DNA of 64,000 nucleotides from Bacilli bacterium (GCA_050953065.1 JBMNLZ010000003.1:320001-384000); one strand, 5' to 3'; positions 17,955 to 28,445 are shown, numbered from the stretch's first letter. Notes: generated by a model not told the origin, from the sequence alone. Program-made: numbers and translations.

Positions 17955-19950
17955 GCTTTTTTCGTGAGATTTTGCTGTCCTTTATTTCATAATCATCACT
18001 AAATTCAGCTATTCTTTTGCGTATAGTCCTATCGCTTAAATCCATATATTCTGATAAAGTTGCTAGACTACATGTTCCATCTTTTTCAACATTAATAGAA
18101 AACGCAGTGTCAAATTCTAGTTTTCTTGACTCAGGAGTTTGACTTCTTTTTCCGCTTTTATTTAGGTTTGTTCTAGGATCTCCTGATGCATAGTTTTTTT
18201 CTAATAAGTTCTTGTCATCTAACCTGTGAATTGGATGTTCAAACCAAAAGTTAACAGGCTTTATATTAGCGAATTCTCTCAAACTACTTTCAAGTCTCCA
18301 CGCTGATGCATATGGATTATCTAAGTATTGTTGTTTGAATTCATCCTCAAGTTCTAGCTCAATCATATCTAGCTGTGCATCGGGATCACGTGCGAATACG
18401 CCCGAACCAGAAGCCCTATCCATTGCACGTTTAGAACCTTGAGCACCCTTTGAGTGGTGATGACAATAAATAGCTGCAGAGCCTGTTTCATTACAAATCT
18501 TGTCAAACTGATTACAGAATGCACCCATCTCTGAAGCGTTGTTTTCATCACCTGTAATAACCTTGTAAATTGGATCGATAATTACTGCATCATATTGTTT
18601 GTTTGATATTCTTCTGATTAGCTTAGGTACAAGTTTATCAAGCGGCACTGCATGACCACGAAGGTTCCAAATTGAGATGTCATCGCTATGCTTTGGTGTT
18701 AATTTTAATGCCTTATAAATATCTGCAAAACGATTAACAAATGATGCAGAGTCTATTTCTAAGTTCACATAAAGTACTCTTGATTTCTTACATTTGAAAC
18801 CTAGCCACTCCATCCCTTCTGACAGTGCAACCGCAAGTTCCATAAGCAAAAATGATTTACCTGCTTTTGATGAACCTGAAATAAGCATTTTATGACCACA
18901 ACGCAGTATCCCTTTAATAAGCTCTTCAGGTAATGCTGGCGGATCTAATAACTGATCTTTTAGGTTTTGTAGCCCTGGAAGTTCGTCATTTGCACCTTCA
19001 ACATAATCAAGCCAATCTATCCATGAAGTGCGTCCTATATTTGTTGCTATTAATGTTTGTTCTTTACCGTTTCTTGTAACTCCTGGCATACGGGATAACC
19101 TTGAAGGATTGCGATTTTGTTTATCTACCTTTAGTCCGTTCTTTTCTAGGTAATCGTATAAGAAATCTACCCTTTTTCTGTATTCTTCATAGTCCTTCGC
19201 ATCAACCTTAACAATTGCGTGAATAGACTTTCCAGCAGAGCTTGTAAGAGTTGCTATTGGTAGTTCAAGCTTTCTATAAAAAGCATCTTGTTCTGATATT
19301 GGCATATCGTCTGACTCAACGAGTGCATAAGTAAAACGAGTGATATTTTCATTTTTTACACCTAAGCCATCTAAAGGATTAAATCTAATCCAAGCACCAC
19401 ATTCTTCTTTCCAATCACCTATCGTTGCACCTAAGTCAACTGGGTGCTTTTTTAGTGTATCTATTAATTCCTGTGCACTGCGATCATAGACGCCTTTTGA
19501 TGGCATCCATTTTCCCTCTGCATCCTGCCATACATCGTTTGTTACATATCCGACTAAATCTTCTGGTTTGAATAAGGTTTCAAGATAAAGAATAAGCTGC
19601 TCAACTGGTGTCATTGTCATTGGTATTTCATAAGTTATACCATCGCCATCATATTCAATGACATCATCCCAATCTAAATAGCCATCTCCTACAAAAGGGT
19701 GCGGAGTATAGCCATTGGCCTTTGCCATTTGTACTATTGTTCCGCCAGTTATAGGATTTGAGCTACCAACAAAGGTAGCCCATTTCCTTTCACATTCATT
19801 TGCTTTGTATCTTGAATCATTTTTGGACCATTCATCCCATACTGAGCAGTCGTAGCCTTCAGCCTTTAATGCCATGCCGACATTGATCCATTCTTGATAA
19901 CTTAAATCGGCAACATTGATGTGATTTAGTGCTTCTAGTATGTTGTCCAT
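17947..19950 (-). CDS. PriCT-2/primase + AAA_25 (RepA-like) helicase
   Basis: YQEWINVGMALK, SAGKSIHA, RLSRMPG, GSSKAGKS, IIDPIYK, HHHSKG. Confidence 0.9.
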   Translation of the reverse strand: MDNILEALNHINVADLSYQEWINVGMALKAEGYDCSVWDEWSKNDSRYKANECERKWATFVGSSNPITGGTIVQMAKANGYTPHPFVGDGYLDWDDVIEYDGDGITYEIPMTMTPVEQLILYLETLFKPEDLVGYVTNDVWQDAEGKWMPSKGVYDRSAQELIDTLKKHPVDLGATIGDWKEECGAWIRFNPLDGLGVKNENITRFTYALVESDDMPISEQDAFYRKLELPIATLTSSAGKSIHAIVKVDAKDYEEYRKRVDFLYDYLEKNGLKVDKQNRNPSRLSRMPGVTRNGKEQTLIATNIGRTSWIDWLDYVEGANDELPGLQNLKDQLLDPPALPEELIKGILRCGHKMLISGSSKAGKSFLLMELAVALSEGMEWLGFKCKKSRVLYVNLEIDSASFVNRFADIYKALKLTPKHSDDISIWNLRGHAVPLDKLVPKLIRRISNKQYDAVIIDPIYKVITGDENNASEMGAFCNQFDKICNETGSAAIYCHHHSKGAQGSKRAMDRASGSGVFARDPDAQLDMIELELEDEFKQQYLDNPYASAWRLESSLREFANIKPVNFWFEHPIHRLDDKNLLEKNYASGDPRTNLNKSGKRSQTPESRKLEFDTAFSINVEKDGTCSLATLSEYMDLSDRTIRKRIAEFSDDYEIKDSKISRKKHE

Positions 19951-19964
19951 AATATCCTCTCTCC

Positions 19965-21542
19965 TTATGGTTGATAACTTGCAGCATCAATGCCACGAGG
20001 TACGTACCAATTATTATTTGAAATTCTAGTAATCATCTTACTTGCACTGTCAAAGCCCCATGTTCCTACGTGATAGAAACCATACTTTTCAAGTAATCTG
20101 ATTTGTTTTGGTGTTGCTAAATGTTCGTCTTGTCTAGCTCTTAACTTTTCAATAATTGAGCTTGCGTGACCTGAGCATGTAATCGTGTCTGTTAAGATAC
20201 CCATTTTCTCAAGATATGATTTTTGTCTTTCAGTAACAGGTCCCATTTCCCAAGCAAATGTTGGTTCATAGTTAACTAAGTCTTCTGCTGAAATAGAAAG
20301 TGCATATTCAAGCGGATCGACATATTTTCTTTGACGCTTCTTCATTGCAGCAAGTTCACGAGCAAGTGCAGCTTCACGTTCTTGAATAACATCTTTTTCA
20401 GCTCTATTTTCTGCTTCTAGTAGGTCAATGCCACCGCCTGTATCCATGACTAATTTATCGATGCGTTTTGCGATGCTTTCATCTTTTGAGATAAGAGCTG
20501 AAGGTCTGCATAAATCATGACGCTCTGTCATCCATAAGAAATCTAGTAATAAGAGTTCATTCTTGTTAGGACTAAGTCTCATGCCACGCCCGACCATTTG
20601 TTGATATAAACTTCTAATCTTTGTAGGTCTTAAAACTACTATGGTATCTACCGATGGACAGTCCCAGCCTTCTGTTAAAAGCATAGAATTACAAAGAACA
20701 TCGTATTCACCATTTTCAAAGTCTTTTAATATTTCATCTCTATCTGGTGAGTTACCATTTACTTCGACTGCTTTTAATCCATGAACATTAAGGAGTTCAC
20801 AGAACTTTTGTGAGGTCTTTACCAAAGGTAAAAATACGACAGCCTTACGTCCTTTGCAGTAGTTCACCATTTCAATTGCTATTTGGTTTAAGTAAGGCTC
20901 TAACGCACCGCCAATTTCACCAACTGCATAATCACCGTTAGACATTCCTACATTGTTGATATCAAGTTCAAGTGGTATCATCTGTGCTCTTACAGGACAT
21001 AAAAACCCATCTTTTACTGCTTGATGCATTGAATATTCATAGGCTTTACTATTGAAGAATTGACCTAGATTTTTTTGATCTGCTCTATCTGGAGTAGCTG
21101 TTACCCCTAGTACTTTTGCAGAATCAAAGTGTGTTAATACTCGCTGATATGTTGGCGACATCGCATGATGTGCCTCATCTACAACGATCGTTTTAAAGTA
21201 ATCTCTTGGAAACTTAGTAAGTCGTTTTTCTTGAGATAAGGTTTGAACCGATGCAACTGTGACATTTAATGGAGAGCCTATTGAGGTAGACTCTGCCTTT
21301 TCCAAAGCAGAATCTAACCCACTAGCTACCTTTAACTTATCTGATGCTTGGTCTAGAAGTTCACCACGATGAGCAAGGATTAATGCCCTACTATCATCTT
21401 TGACTTCTTCTTCAACAACCTTTGAGAAAACGACCGTCTTACCTGTGCCAGTTGGCAAAACAAGTAATGTATTCTTAAATCCGCTATTCCATTGATTAAA
21501 AATTGCCTTTACAGCTTCATTTTGATACGGTCTTAAAATCAT
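19965..21542 (-). CDS. SF2 DEAD/DEAH-box helicase
   Basis: LRPYQ, PTGTGKT, DEAHH, TAT, QMVGRGMR. Confidence 0.93.
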   Translation of the reverse strand: MILRPYQNEAVKAIFNQWNSGFKNTLLVLPTGTGKTVVFSKVVEEEVKDDSRALILAHRGELLDQASDKLKVASGLDSALEKAESTSIGSPLNVTVASVQTLSQEKRLTKFPRDYFKTIVVDEAHHAMSPTYQRVLTHFDSAKVLGVTATPDRADQKNLGQFFNSKAYEYSMHQAVKDGFLCPVRAQMIPLELDINNVGMSNGDYAVGEIGGALEPYLNQIAIEMVNYCKGRKAVVFLPLVKTSQKFCELLNVHGLKAVEVNGNSPDRDEILKDFENGEYDVLCNSMLLTEGWDCPSVDTIVVLRPTKIRSLYQQMVGRGMRLSPNKNELLLLDFLWMTERHDLCRPSALISKDESIAKRIDKLVMDTGGGIDLLEAENRAEKDVIQEREAALARELAAMKKRQRKYVDPLEYALSISAEDLVNYEPTFAWEMGPVTERQKSYLEKMGILTDTITCSGHASSIIEKLRARQDEHLATPKQIRLLEKYGFYHVGTWGFDSASKMITRISNNNWYVPRGIDAASYQP

Positions 21543-21552
21543 AAATTACCTC

Positions 21553-22029
21553 CTAAAATGGAAGGTCATCATTGCTGATTTCTACCATAAAAAATGTAGG
21601 ATCATAATCGATGAAACGATCAAGATCATTGACTGTCTTTTCATCACCTGATTGATTAACATATGTTCTTTGTTTGAAATGAGCACGACCTTGTGAGCCG
21701 ATTACTTTATTCCAATCCATAGTTAATTTTTCACCATGTTTCTTTTGTCCGATGCTACGAAAGAATGCAGAAATACGCCATTCAAGAGTACGGTAAAGAA
21801 GTAAATCAAACTTAATAATTGATACACCTTCTGGTGCATTTACTTGAACAGTAATTGAAGCTTTGTTACATGCAGGAACCTTTGGTCCGCCAGGAAATCT
21901 TCCTCTTTCAAAATTTGTAACTACAAAGTTGTAGTCGCCTTCTGGCAATAGGACAAACTCTCGTCCATCGTTTTCTATGGAATCGTTCCAATCCATCATC
22001 ATGTTTTGGTTATTAATATTTTCAGCCAT
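21553..22029 (-). CDS. DUF669-like ssDNA-binding protein
   Basis: LLPEGDY motif; acidic DDLPF tail; follows Sak4-like ATPase. Confidence 0.8.
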   Translation of the reverse strand: MAENINNQNMMMDWNDSIENDGREFVLLPEGDYNFVVTNFERGRFPGGPKVPACNKASITVQVNAPEGVSIIKFDLLLYRTLEWRISAFFRSIGQKKHGEKLTMDWNKVIGSQGRAHFKQRTYVNQSGDEKTVNDLDRFIDYDPTFFMVEISNDDLPF

Positions 22030-22031
22030 TT

Positions 22032-22988
22032 TTATTTACCTCCGTTTGTTTTAGTTATTGTTTGAGTAATCTTTGCCCAGTTTGGAATAATCCATCTGGT
22101 AATGAAATCGTCTGAGTAAGTTGATATATCAGCATCAAGTGCATAATGGCCTTTAGCTGCCACAATTTTTTTGATATCTTCTTCGGTAATACCTGCATCT
22201 TTGATCATGTTTTTTAACTTTTCGATGTTAGGTTGTACCACCTCTTTTGTTGGCTCTATTTGGCCCGTTTTAGGCGACACGTCGTCAAACAAATGAGATA
22301 TCGAACTGAAAGCCAAGTCTAACTCATCGGCCAAACTGAAGCGATTTTTGGCGTCCCAACAAGGGTTGTGTGTCGTATACATTACTCGCTTACCACCGCT
22401 TGCTTTCTTTGTGTTGTTTTCAGTAGTGATAACGAAAGTTTTATAGTTACAGAAAAGTAAGGCATCACACCATTCTTTGACTAATGGAGCACATTGTTTC
22501 GTTAGCTTCATTTCCCATCTATCAAATTGTCCTTGTTCTTCTGGAAGCTCGAATTTTCGTGGCTTTCCATGAGCTATAACTACTGGATTAATTCCCACAT
22601 CGACAAGTTTGGATAATAGTTGAAGTAAGGTAGAGAACTCTTCAGCAAGGTAGGTGTAGCCCTTACCAAAACCGAAGTCCTCTATATTTGCTTTGCGATA
22701 CTTATTACAAATGAAGTCAGTACATAAACCCTCAGCCCAGTCTGCAGTATCTACCACTAGGGTTTTACAAACTTCTGGATGAGCAATTATCTCTTTAACT
22801 GTTGCGATCAACTCTTCCCAGCTTGTGATCTTAATACGTCTGACATTTAATCTTGAGGTTCCACCTTCAGTATCTAAAAAAAGTGGATCAGGCATTTTGG
22901 CTGCTAACGATGTTTTACCAACACCCTCAGCACCATAAATACAGAATTTAATCGGTGTCTTTTCAACACCACTAATTATGTTTAGCAT
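22032..22988 (-). CDS. AAA_24 / Sak4-like ATPase
   Basis: YGAEGVGKTS, LDTEGG, VVDTAD, WDAKNR. Confidence 0.88.
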   Translation of the reverse strand: MLNIISGVEKTPIKFCIYGAEGVGKTSLAAKMPDPLFLDTEGGTSRLNVRRIKITSWEELIATVKEIIAHPEVCKTLVVDTADWAEGLCTDFICNKYRKANIEDFGFGKGYTYLAEEFSTLLQLLSKLVDVGINPVVIAHGKPRKFELPEEQGQFDRWEMKLTKQCAPLVKEWCDALLFCNYKTFVITTENNTKKASGGKRVMYTTHNPCWDAKNRFSLADELDLAFSSISHLFDDVSPKTGQIEPTKEVVQPNIEKLKNMIKDAGITEEDIKKIVAAKGHYALDADISTYSDDFITRWIIPNWAKITQTITKTNGGK

Positions 22989-22990
22989 AG

Positions 22991-24148
22991 TTATTTCGTC
23001 TCCTTGTTTATTTTTATTTCTTCTCTAGCATCAGATTCCTGAGCTAGCACTGCTTGTCCTTTTGGCTTTATAATGTAGCCTCCGACTAAGTCATTAAATT
23101 GTGTCTTTCCGAGCATCTTTTGTAGCTCACTAATAGGCATTAGTTTCTTAGCTGCAAATGGATCGTATCCGTTATCAGTTAGAATTCTTACTACTGCATC
23201 TTCATCACTGATTTTGCGTTTAGTAACCGATTCAACAACCTTGTAGCCTTTCCACTTTTTACCTTCAATAGCCTTTTTCAAGCAATACTCCTTGATGTCA
23301 TCAACGTAAGTAATGATGCCGTCTAGTTTTGGTAATAGGGCTTCAATTTCCTCATCAGTCATAAATTCTGGTTTATTAACTTCTTTGATTGCTTGAAGTG
23401 TATCTTCTGCCCTTTGTCTGCAGATGTTGCGACCAGGACAGTACTTGCACCAAACACCACTATTTGCTTTTGCATCTTCACTTAATGCTTCCTTTGCTGC
23501 AGGGATAAGTCTTTTTTGTTCCCACTTTTCAAGGTCCTCAGAAGTAATGGAATACTCTGAAATGTTGTTAATCCGTTCTTGATAAATTACTAAACGAATA
23601 TTCTTGATTGGATAAAAGTCCTTGTAGCATTTGTAGGCATACAGACCATAAATACCAAGTTGCGAATTCAGCTCATTTAGTGTTTCATCGAATGGCGTAA
23701 CTTTAATAAAGCCAGTCTTGTTATCGATGATTGTTAAAGTATCACCTGCAATAATTCCGCAATCCAAAGTTCCATGAGTATCTGGTGCATAGTCCATTTC
23801 TAGGAGCTGTTCAATTAGTATCACTGGCTGCTCGCCCGTACGCTTTGCTTCATAATCAACAGTGCTGATTACATAGTTAGCGTAGCCAGTGGCTAATCGT
23901 TCCATCTCTTCTGAATAGTGCTTAAATCCTGCTTTTAATTCTTCTGTTGTTAATTTCACTTCAGATTCATAATCTTCAAGTTTTAAGCTTTGTCTAATGT
24001 AGTGTTCTGCAAGTAGATGACACTCACTTCCAAACTCGCTAGCGTCAGAAGTTTCTTCAACTTTATTTGCTAGGAACTTAGCGGCGTGTCCACAATAGAA
24101 CCATTCCTTACTACTCGGAGCTAAGATCGAGTGTGTCTTTTGACTCAT
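22991..24148 (-). CDS. DUF2800 Cas4-like PD-(D/E)XK exonuclease
   Basis: GTLDC, IIDNKTG, QLGIYG, WCKYCPGRNICR; start MSQKTH with GGAGGTG RBS. Confidence 0.85.
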   Translation of the reverse strand: MSQKTHSILAPSSKEWFYCGHAAKFLANKVEETSDASEFGSECHLLAEHYIRQSLKLEDYESEVKLTTEELKAGFKHYSEEMERLATGYANYVISTVDYEAKRTGEQPVILIEQLLEMDYAPDTHGTLDCGIIAGDTLTIIDNKTGFIKVTPFDETLNELNSQLGIYGLYAYKCYKDFYPIKNIRLVIYQERINNISEYSITSEDLEKWEQKRLIPAAKEALSEDAKANSGVWCKYCPGRNICRQRAEDTLQAIKEVNKPEFMTDEEIEALLPKLDGIITYVDDIKEYCLKKAIEGKKWKGYKVVESVTKRKISDEDAVVRILTDNGYDPFAAKKLMPISELQKMLGKTQFNDLVGGYIIKPKGQAVLAQESDAREEIKINKETK

Positions 24149-24299
24149 CTTTCTCACCTCCTTCTTTTGCATCTCCATTTAGGAGCATTACTTCTTCCGC
24201 CAAAGCCTTAGTAAGCGAGCTGATTGTTAATAAAGAATCAAATATATCAACTTTACTTACTACGGGTTCTTCTCTGGGCTTTTGATCATCGTCAACCAT
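24111..24299 (-). CDS. Hypothetical protein (62 aa)
   Basis: ATG with AGGAGG RBS; overlaps DUF2800 start. Confidence 0.65.
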   Translation of the reverse strand: MVDDDQKPREEPVVSKVDIFDSLLTISSLTKALAEEVMLLNGDAKEGGEKDESKDTLDLSSE

Positions 24300-24386
24300 A
24301 GCGTTGTCCTCCTTTGATTTTTTTGAAAGCTGATCTTGCCTTCTAAAAGTCAAATGGGAACTCGACAGGCTTTTGCCAAAAAAATA

Positions 24387-24983
24387 TCAAAATTTGTCTA
24401 CAATTTTTTCTCTAAGCATTTTTATAAGACTTGATTTCTTGTATTGAACCGTTGATCGTTTCAAACCCATAGCTTTAGCGATTTGATCATCTGTGTAACC
24501 ATCGTTGAATAGTTTCAGTATTTTCTGACTCTCTTCATCTAAAAGCGATAGTTCACGTTTGAGTGCTTTTCTCATTTCAGCATTAGCGAACGCTTCTTGA
24601 GGTGTTTCTGTGGAAGTGTCTGCAATTTCATAGTTGTTGTCTTCCATAAAGCGATCTAAGGATAAAGGCCTACCATCTCTTTGTGTTTTACCGAATGGAC
24701 AATTATTACAGTCTTCTTGACACCTTTTCATGTATGAGTACCTTTCTGAAGGAACTAAGCATCTGCTTTCGTTATCCCTTTGTCTTTTTTCTTCTGCCAG
24801 CATGTTTCGCCAATCATAGAAAAACTGGATATCACAAGGCACATACATTCTTTTTCTTTTGATGCTATTAAAGTAAGAACAGTAACGCATCTCATCTTCT
24901 GGTTTCTTGTCTTTGTTGTACTCAGCGATAGCTTCTTTGATTTCTTCTTCACTTGAGTACTCGTCTTTTAGTTTTTTAATCAT
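24387..24983 (-). CDS. Phage sigma-70 region-4 protein with Cys cluster
   Basis: CLVP...RCQEDCNNCPF, LSLD, C-terminal HTH TDDQIAKAMGLKRSTVQYKK; GGAGGA RBS. Confidence 0.85.
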   Translation of the reverse strand: MIKKLKDEYSSEEEIKEAIAEYNKDKKPEDEMRYCSYFNSIKRKRMYVPCDIQFFYDWRNMLAEEKRQRDNESRCLVPSERYSYMKRCQEDCNNCPFGKTQRDGRPLSLDRFMEDNNYEIADTSTETPQEAFANAEMRKALKRELSLLDEESQKILKLFNDGYTDDQIAKAMGLKRSTVQYKKSSLIKMLREKIVDKF

Positions 24984-24989
24984 TAAAAA

Positions 24990-25190
24990 ATCCTCCGTTT
25001 CAAAATTTCTTTTAGAAATGGAAGATCTTTTAATGCAGTCCAAGCGTTATTCGGGCATAGCAAAAAGAACGGTGAACCTTTTTCAAGATTTCCATTTCTA
25101 TTTGCAGTCCACTCCCACAGCTTTCTGCGTTTTTTTTGTGTGTTTTGGATAGTCCTACGTGGGATGCAGCGATATCTTCTGCAGTAGTGA
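24990..25190 (-). promoter_or_regulatory. Structured 5' leader with alternative RBS-sequestering / anti-sequestering helices
   Basis: 25013-25028 is complementary both to RBS segment 24990-25001 and to 25086-25100. Confidence 0.65.
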
Positions 25191-25256
25191 CTTCCTTAAC
25201 ACAATGCCAAAACTACTTATCTCAAATTTTTTGTTTAATATAAATTACTTGAGATA

Positions 25257-25285
25257 TTGTGTATTTCGGCTATTCGTGATATAAT
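25257..25285 (+). promoter_or_regulatory. Sigma-70 promoter of Lamassu operon
   Basis: TTGTGT-17 bp-TATAAT with TGn extension. Confidence 0.75.
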
Positions 25286-25422
25286 TATTTAAAAGAATAC
25301 GCTCAATAGTTATCACTGATTTTGCCTTACACGTTTTGACAAGATAATTTTACTAAAAAGAGTATTAGCAGCGGTAAGCACGAAATTAGCCTAAAATTAG
25401 CAAATTCAAAGGAGGTTTCATT

Positions 25423-26601
25423 TTGTTAAGATTGTCTTCGTTTTTAAATCTCTCGTTTAACCACAGATTGAATTTAAGTGATGATCAATATACTTTCGGC
25501 TATGATTTTTTTTATGAACTAGCCGAATTAGAATTGGAAAAACCATATAACAACAACCTTTTTAATGGCGTCAGAGACCTTACAAATAATGCAAAAACAT
25601 CTATTCTTACTACCGATAATGGTAAGAAGAAAGCTGCGAAATTTATTACAAATTGGCTAATACCATCTATTCAACCTTTAACCTTTCATGATTATATTTC
25701 GTCTATAGTTTCTATAATTGAAAACGATGATACAATTTCTGACAAAAGCAAAAATGGTTTATTAAAACCTTTAAAAGATGGAAAGCATGATGTATTTCTT
25801 TATAAATCATTTATGTATGCTATTGCCAAAGAAAATATAGATATAAAAAGCACCATCGAAGTTGATGATGCTGAGTTTGTGTTTGAATCAAATAAAAAAT
25901 GCTCATTATGTAACACTCCTATTGAAGTTAAAAAAGCAAAAGGCACTGCATACAAGTATGGTATAACTAATATCTTTCCTGAAGGATTATCTTCTTCACT
26001 TAAAACGAACTTTACTAAAATACATAAAGAGCCTGCCGATTTTGACCATCGTTCAAATAAAATCTGCTGTTGTATACCATGTGCTGATGATTATGAAGCA
26101 ACACCAACAACTGATAAATTCATAAAACTTTTATCTAAAAAAGAACATTACAATAAAACTAACGAAGCAAACTCAAGTCTAGGAAGAGCAAAACTTGATG
26201 AAGAATTAAATAGCCTATTAAAAGAACTCAAAAATCTTAAATCTTTTGATGATATTGCAGATTTTAGAAAAATACCATTAGAACTTAAGGACAAGATTTC
26301 CGATAATGAGACTTTGAGATTATCCATAAAAAATGATGTTGAAAGCTACTATAATTATTTAAGAAAACAACTATCTGATTTAGATGATGTTGGAAGTGAG
26401 TTTAGAATAATTGCAAGTCAATTCCAAATTTGTTATGAAAAACTATTAAAATCTATGAGCGATCAAGAAGATATATATAATAGAATAATCAAATGGGTAC
26501 TTGAAGAACTAGGATTTACAGAAAAATATTACACAGCAGCAAGAATTATTGTTTCATTCTTCGTGCAGAATTGTGAGGTATTCGATGAAATTTCCAAATA
26601 A
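25423..26601 (+). CDS. Lamassu/ABC-3C effector (LmuA-like): N-terminal domain + degenerate HNH + CTD
   Basis: TTG start with GGAGGT; CSLC...NKICCCIPC; C-terminal IVSFFVQNCEVF typical of ABC-3C CTD. Confidence 0.8.
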   Translation: MLRLSSFLNLSFNHRLNLSDDQYTFGYDFFYELAELELEKPYNNNLFNGVRDLTNNAKTSILTTDNGKKKAAKFITNWLIPSIQPLTFHDYISSIVSIIENDDTISDKSKNGLLKPLKDGKHDVFLYKSFMYAIAKENIDIKSTIEVDDAEFVFESNKKCSLCNTPIEVKKAKGTAYKYGITNIFPEGLSSSLKTNFTKIHKEPADFDHRSNKICCCIPCADDYEATPTTDKFIKLLSKKEHYNKTNEANSSLGRAKLDEELNSLLKELKNLKSFDDIADFRKIPLELKDKISDNETLRLSIKNDVESYYNYLRKQLSDLDDVGSEFRIIASQFQICYEKLLKSMSDQEDIYNRIIKWVLEELGFTEKYYTAARIIVSFFVQNCEVFDEISK

Positions 26602-26815
26602 AGTGACACCTTTTAAAGATAGCACCCTTGCCAAAATTCCTATGATTCTCAAATGTTTAAAAACTAAGGATTATACAATACTTTCTCTATTCAATGTCGT
26701 AAGAAAAAAAATGACGATTAAAGAATATATTGATGTCCTAGATTGTTTATATGCATTAGACAAAATCGTTTTAAAGGAGGAAATCATTCATTATGTTGAC
26801 CGAAATATATTGTGA
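26585..26815 (+). CDS. ABC-3C middle component (LmuC-like)
   Basis: MKFPNKVTPFKDSTL...LDCLYALDKI; overlaps both neighbours. Confidence 0.82.
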   Translation: MKFPNKVTPFKDSTLAKIPMILKCLKTKDYTILSLFNVVRKKMTIKEYIDVLDCLYALDKIVLKEEIIHYVDRNIL

Positions 26816-28445
26816 TAAATTTAAGACTGGTGGTAAAGATGGTCAGATTCGCCCAGCTATTAATTTCGATGCTGGACTAAATGTTGTTGAAGGATCTGAT
26901 AATGGTTCAAACTCAATAGGCAAATCAACGTTTTTAATGATCATTGACTTCTGTTTTGGCGGAAATGATTATGTTAATGTATTAAAAGATGTTGATAAAA
27001 ATGTAGGACCTCATACAATTTTCTTTACTTTTTCTTTTGATAAACATTACTTTTTTGCTCGCAAAACTGATGAGAAAGATTTCGTATATATTTGTAATCA
27101 AGGTTATGTCTTTACAGATCAGAAACTTTATATTAATGATTTTTGTGAATTTTTAAGAGAAAAATATAATATACCTGTTCTCGACTTAACTTTTAGAAGC
27201 ATCGTTAGTAGATTCATGAGAATTTACAACAGACAAAATCTAAATGAACTCCTTCCGCTTCGTGCTCATGATAATGAAACAGAAAAGCAATCGTTACTAG
27301 AAATGACAAAGATGTTTAACTTATATGAACCTTTAAAAGAGTTAACAAGAATTAGTGATGAAGCAAGTGAAATGGACTCTACTTTTAGTAAAGCTCAGGA
27401 ATATAAATTTATTCCTAGAATCAATGCTACTGAATTTAAGGATAATGAAAAACGTATTGAATCTTTAAGACTTGAAGCTGAAACACTAGCAGATAGAAGT
27501 GAACGTGGATTACTTGATTTACCAGTAGAAAAAGCAGAACAAATTGCTCGTTTGAAAGAACAAATCTCTGCACTAAAACGTAATCGATCAAGATTTTATA
27601 ATCAACTAAATGCTTATAAACAAGATAACGGGTATGAGATCGTTGGATTAAAAAGCGATTTTTCTGAGTTAAGTGAATATTTCAATAATGTCAATGTTGA
27701 GAATTTAATTCAAATTGAGGAGTTTCATAAAAAAATTACTTCTATTCTTAGAAAAGAAATCAAGAGTTCTATTCAAGAAATGTGGGATAATATTAATTTG
27801 CTTAATGAGGCAATAAAAGGACTTGAAAATGAATTAGCAGACATACAACAAACTACAAACGTTTCAAGAGTAATATTAAAATCCTATTACACAATTGAAC
27901 GTGAAATAGAAAATTTAGAAAAAGCTAATGAATTATATATTAAAAAAGGCGATTGGCATAAGGATGCACAAGAAAAAGAAAAATCTTTAACTGAAAAAAC
28001 GGCAGTTCAAATAGCAACTTTGATAGCTAAAATAAATGCCAAAATGTTAGAAATTAATAAAGAGTATTACAAAAATGAGACAAATTCACCTATATTAGCT
28101 ATCCCCTCTCCTAAAAAATACTTATTTGAAACTCCAGATGATCTAGGCACTGGATGTAGATATAAAGGTATGATTACATTAGATATGGCTGTATTACAGC
28201 TTTCATCACTTCCAGTTTTAGCTCACGATTCATTAATGTTCGTTCAGATGTCATATCCTCGTGTTGAAAGAACATTTAAACTTTATAATCAAATATCAAA
28301 TAAACAGATATTTGTTGCTGTTGACAGAACAACAAATCTAAATGATGAATCAAGAGAGATTATTAAGTCACATACAAAACTTTATTTATCACCAGATGGC
28401 AATGAACTGTTCGGTTGGTACTGGGGTAAACCGAAGGAGGTATAA
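26793..28445 (+). CDS. SMC/Rad50-like ABC ATPase, DUF2326 type (LmuB-like)
   Basis: GLNVVEG...NSIGKST Walker A, long coiled coil, GTG signature, VLAHDS Walker B. Confidence 0.88.
   Translation: MLTEIYCDKFKTGGKDGQIRPAINFDAGLNVVEGSDNGSNSIGKSTFLMIIDFCFGGNDYVNVLKDVDKNVGPHTIFFTFSFDKHYFFARKTDEKDFVYICNQGYVFTDQKLYINDFCEFLREKYNIPVLDLTFRSIVSRFMRIYNRQNLNELLPLRAHDNETEKQSLLEMTKMFNLYEPLKELTRISDEASEMDSTFSKAQEYKFIPRINATEFKDNEKRIESLRLEAETLADRSERGLLDLPVEKAEQIARLKEQISALKRNRSRFYNQLNAYKQDNGYEIVGLKSDFSELSEYFNNVNVENLIQIEEFHKKITSILRKEIKSSIQEMWDNINLLNEAIKGLENELADIQQTTNVSRVILKSYYTIEREIENLEKANELYIKKGDWHKDAQEKEKSLTEKTAVQIATLIAKINAKMLEINKEYYKNETNSPILAIPSPKKYLFETPDDLGTGCRYKGMITLDMAVLQLSSLPVLAHDSLMFVQMSYPRVERTFKLYNQISNKQIFVAVDRTTNLNDESREIIKSHTKLYLSPDGNELFGWYWGKPKEV

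Noticed and set aside
22991-24148. cas4 as a sign of a CRISPR system
   Set aside because: DUF2800 nuclease in its normal phage recombination context next to Sak4-like and SSB genes
24907-25152. 81-aa plus-strand ORF and the extended 25043 start of the sigma-like gene
   Set aside because: A strong RBS supports ATG at 24983; the upstream region is better explained as a structured leader
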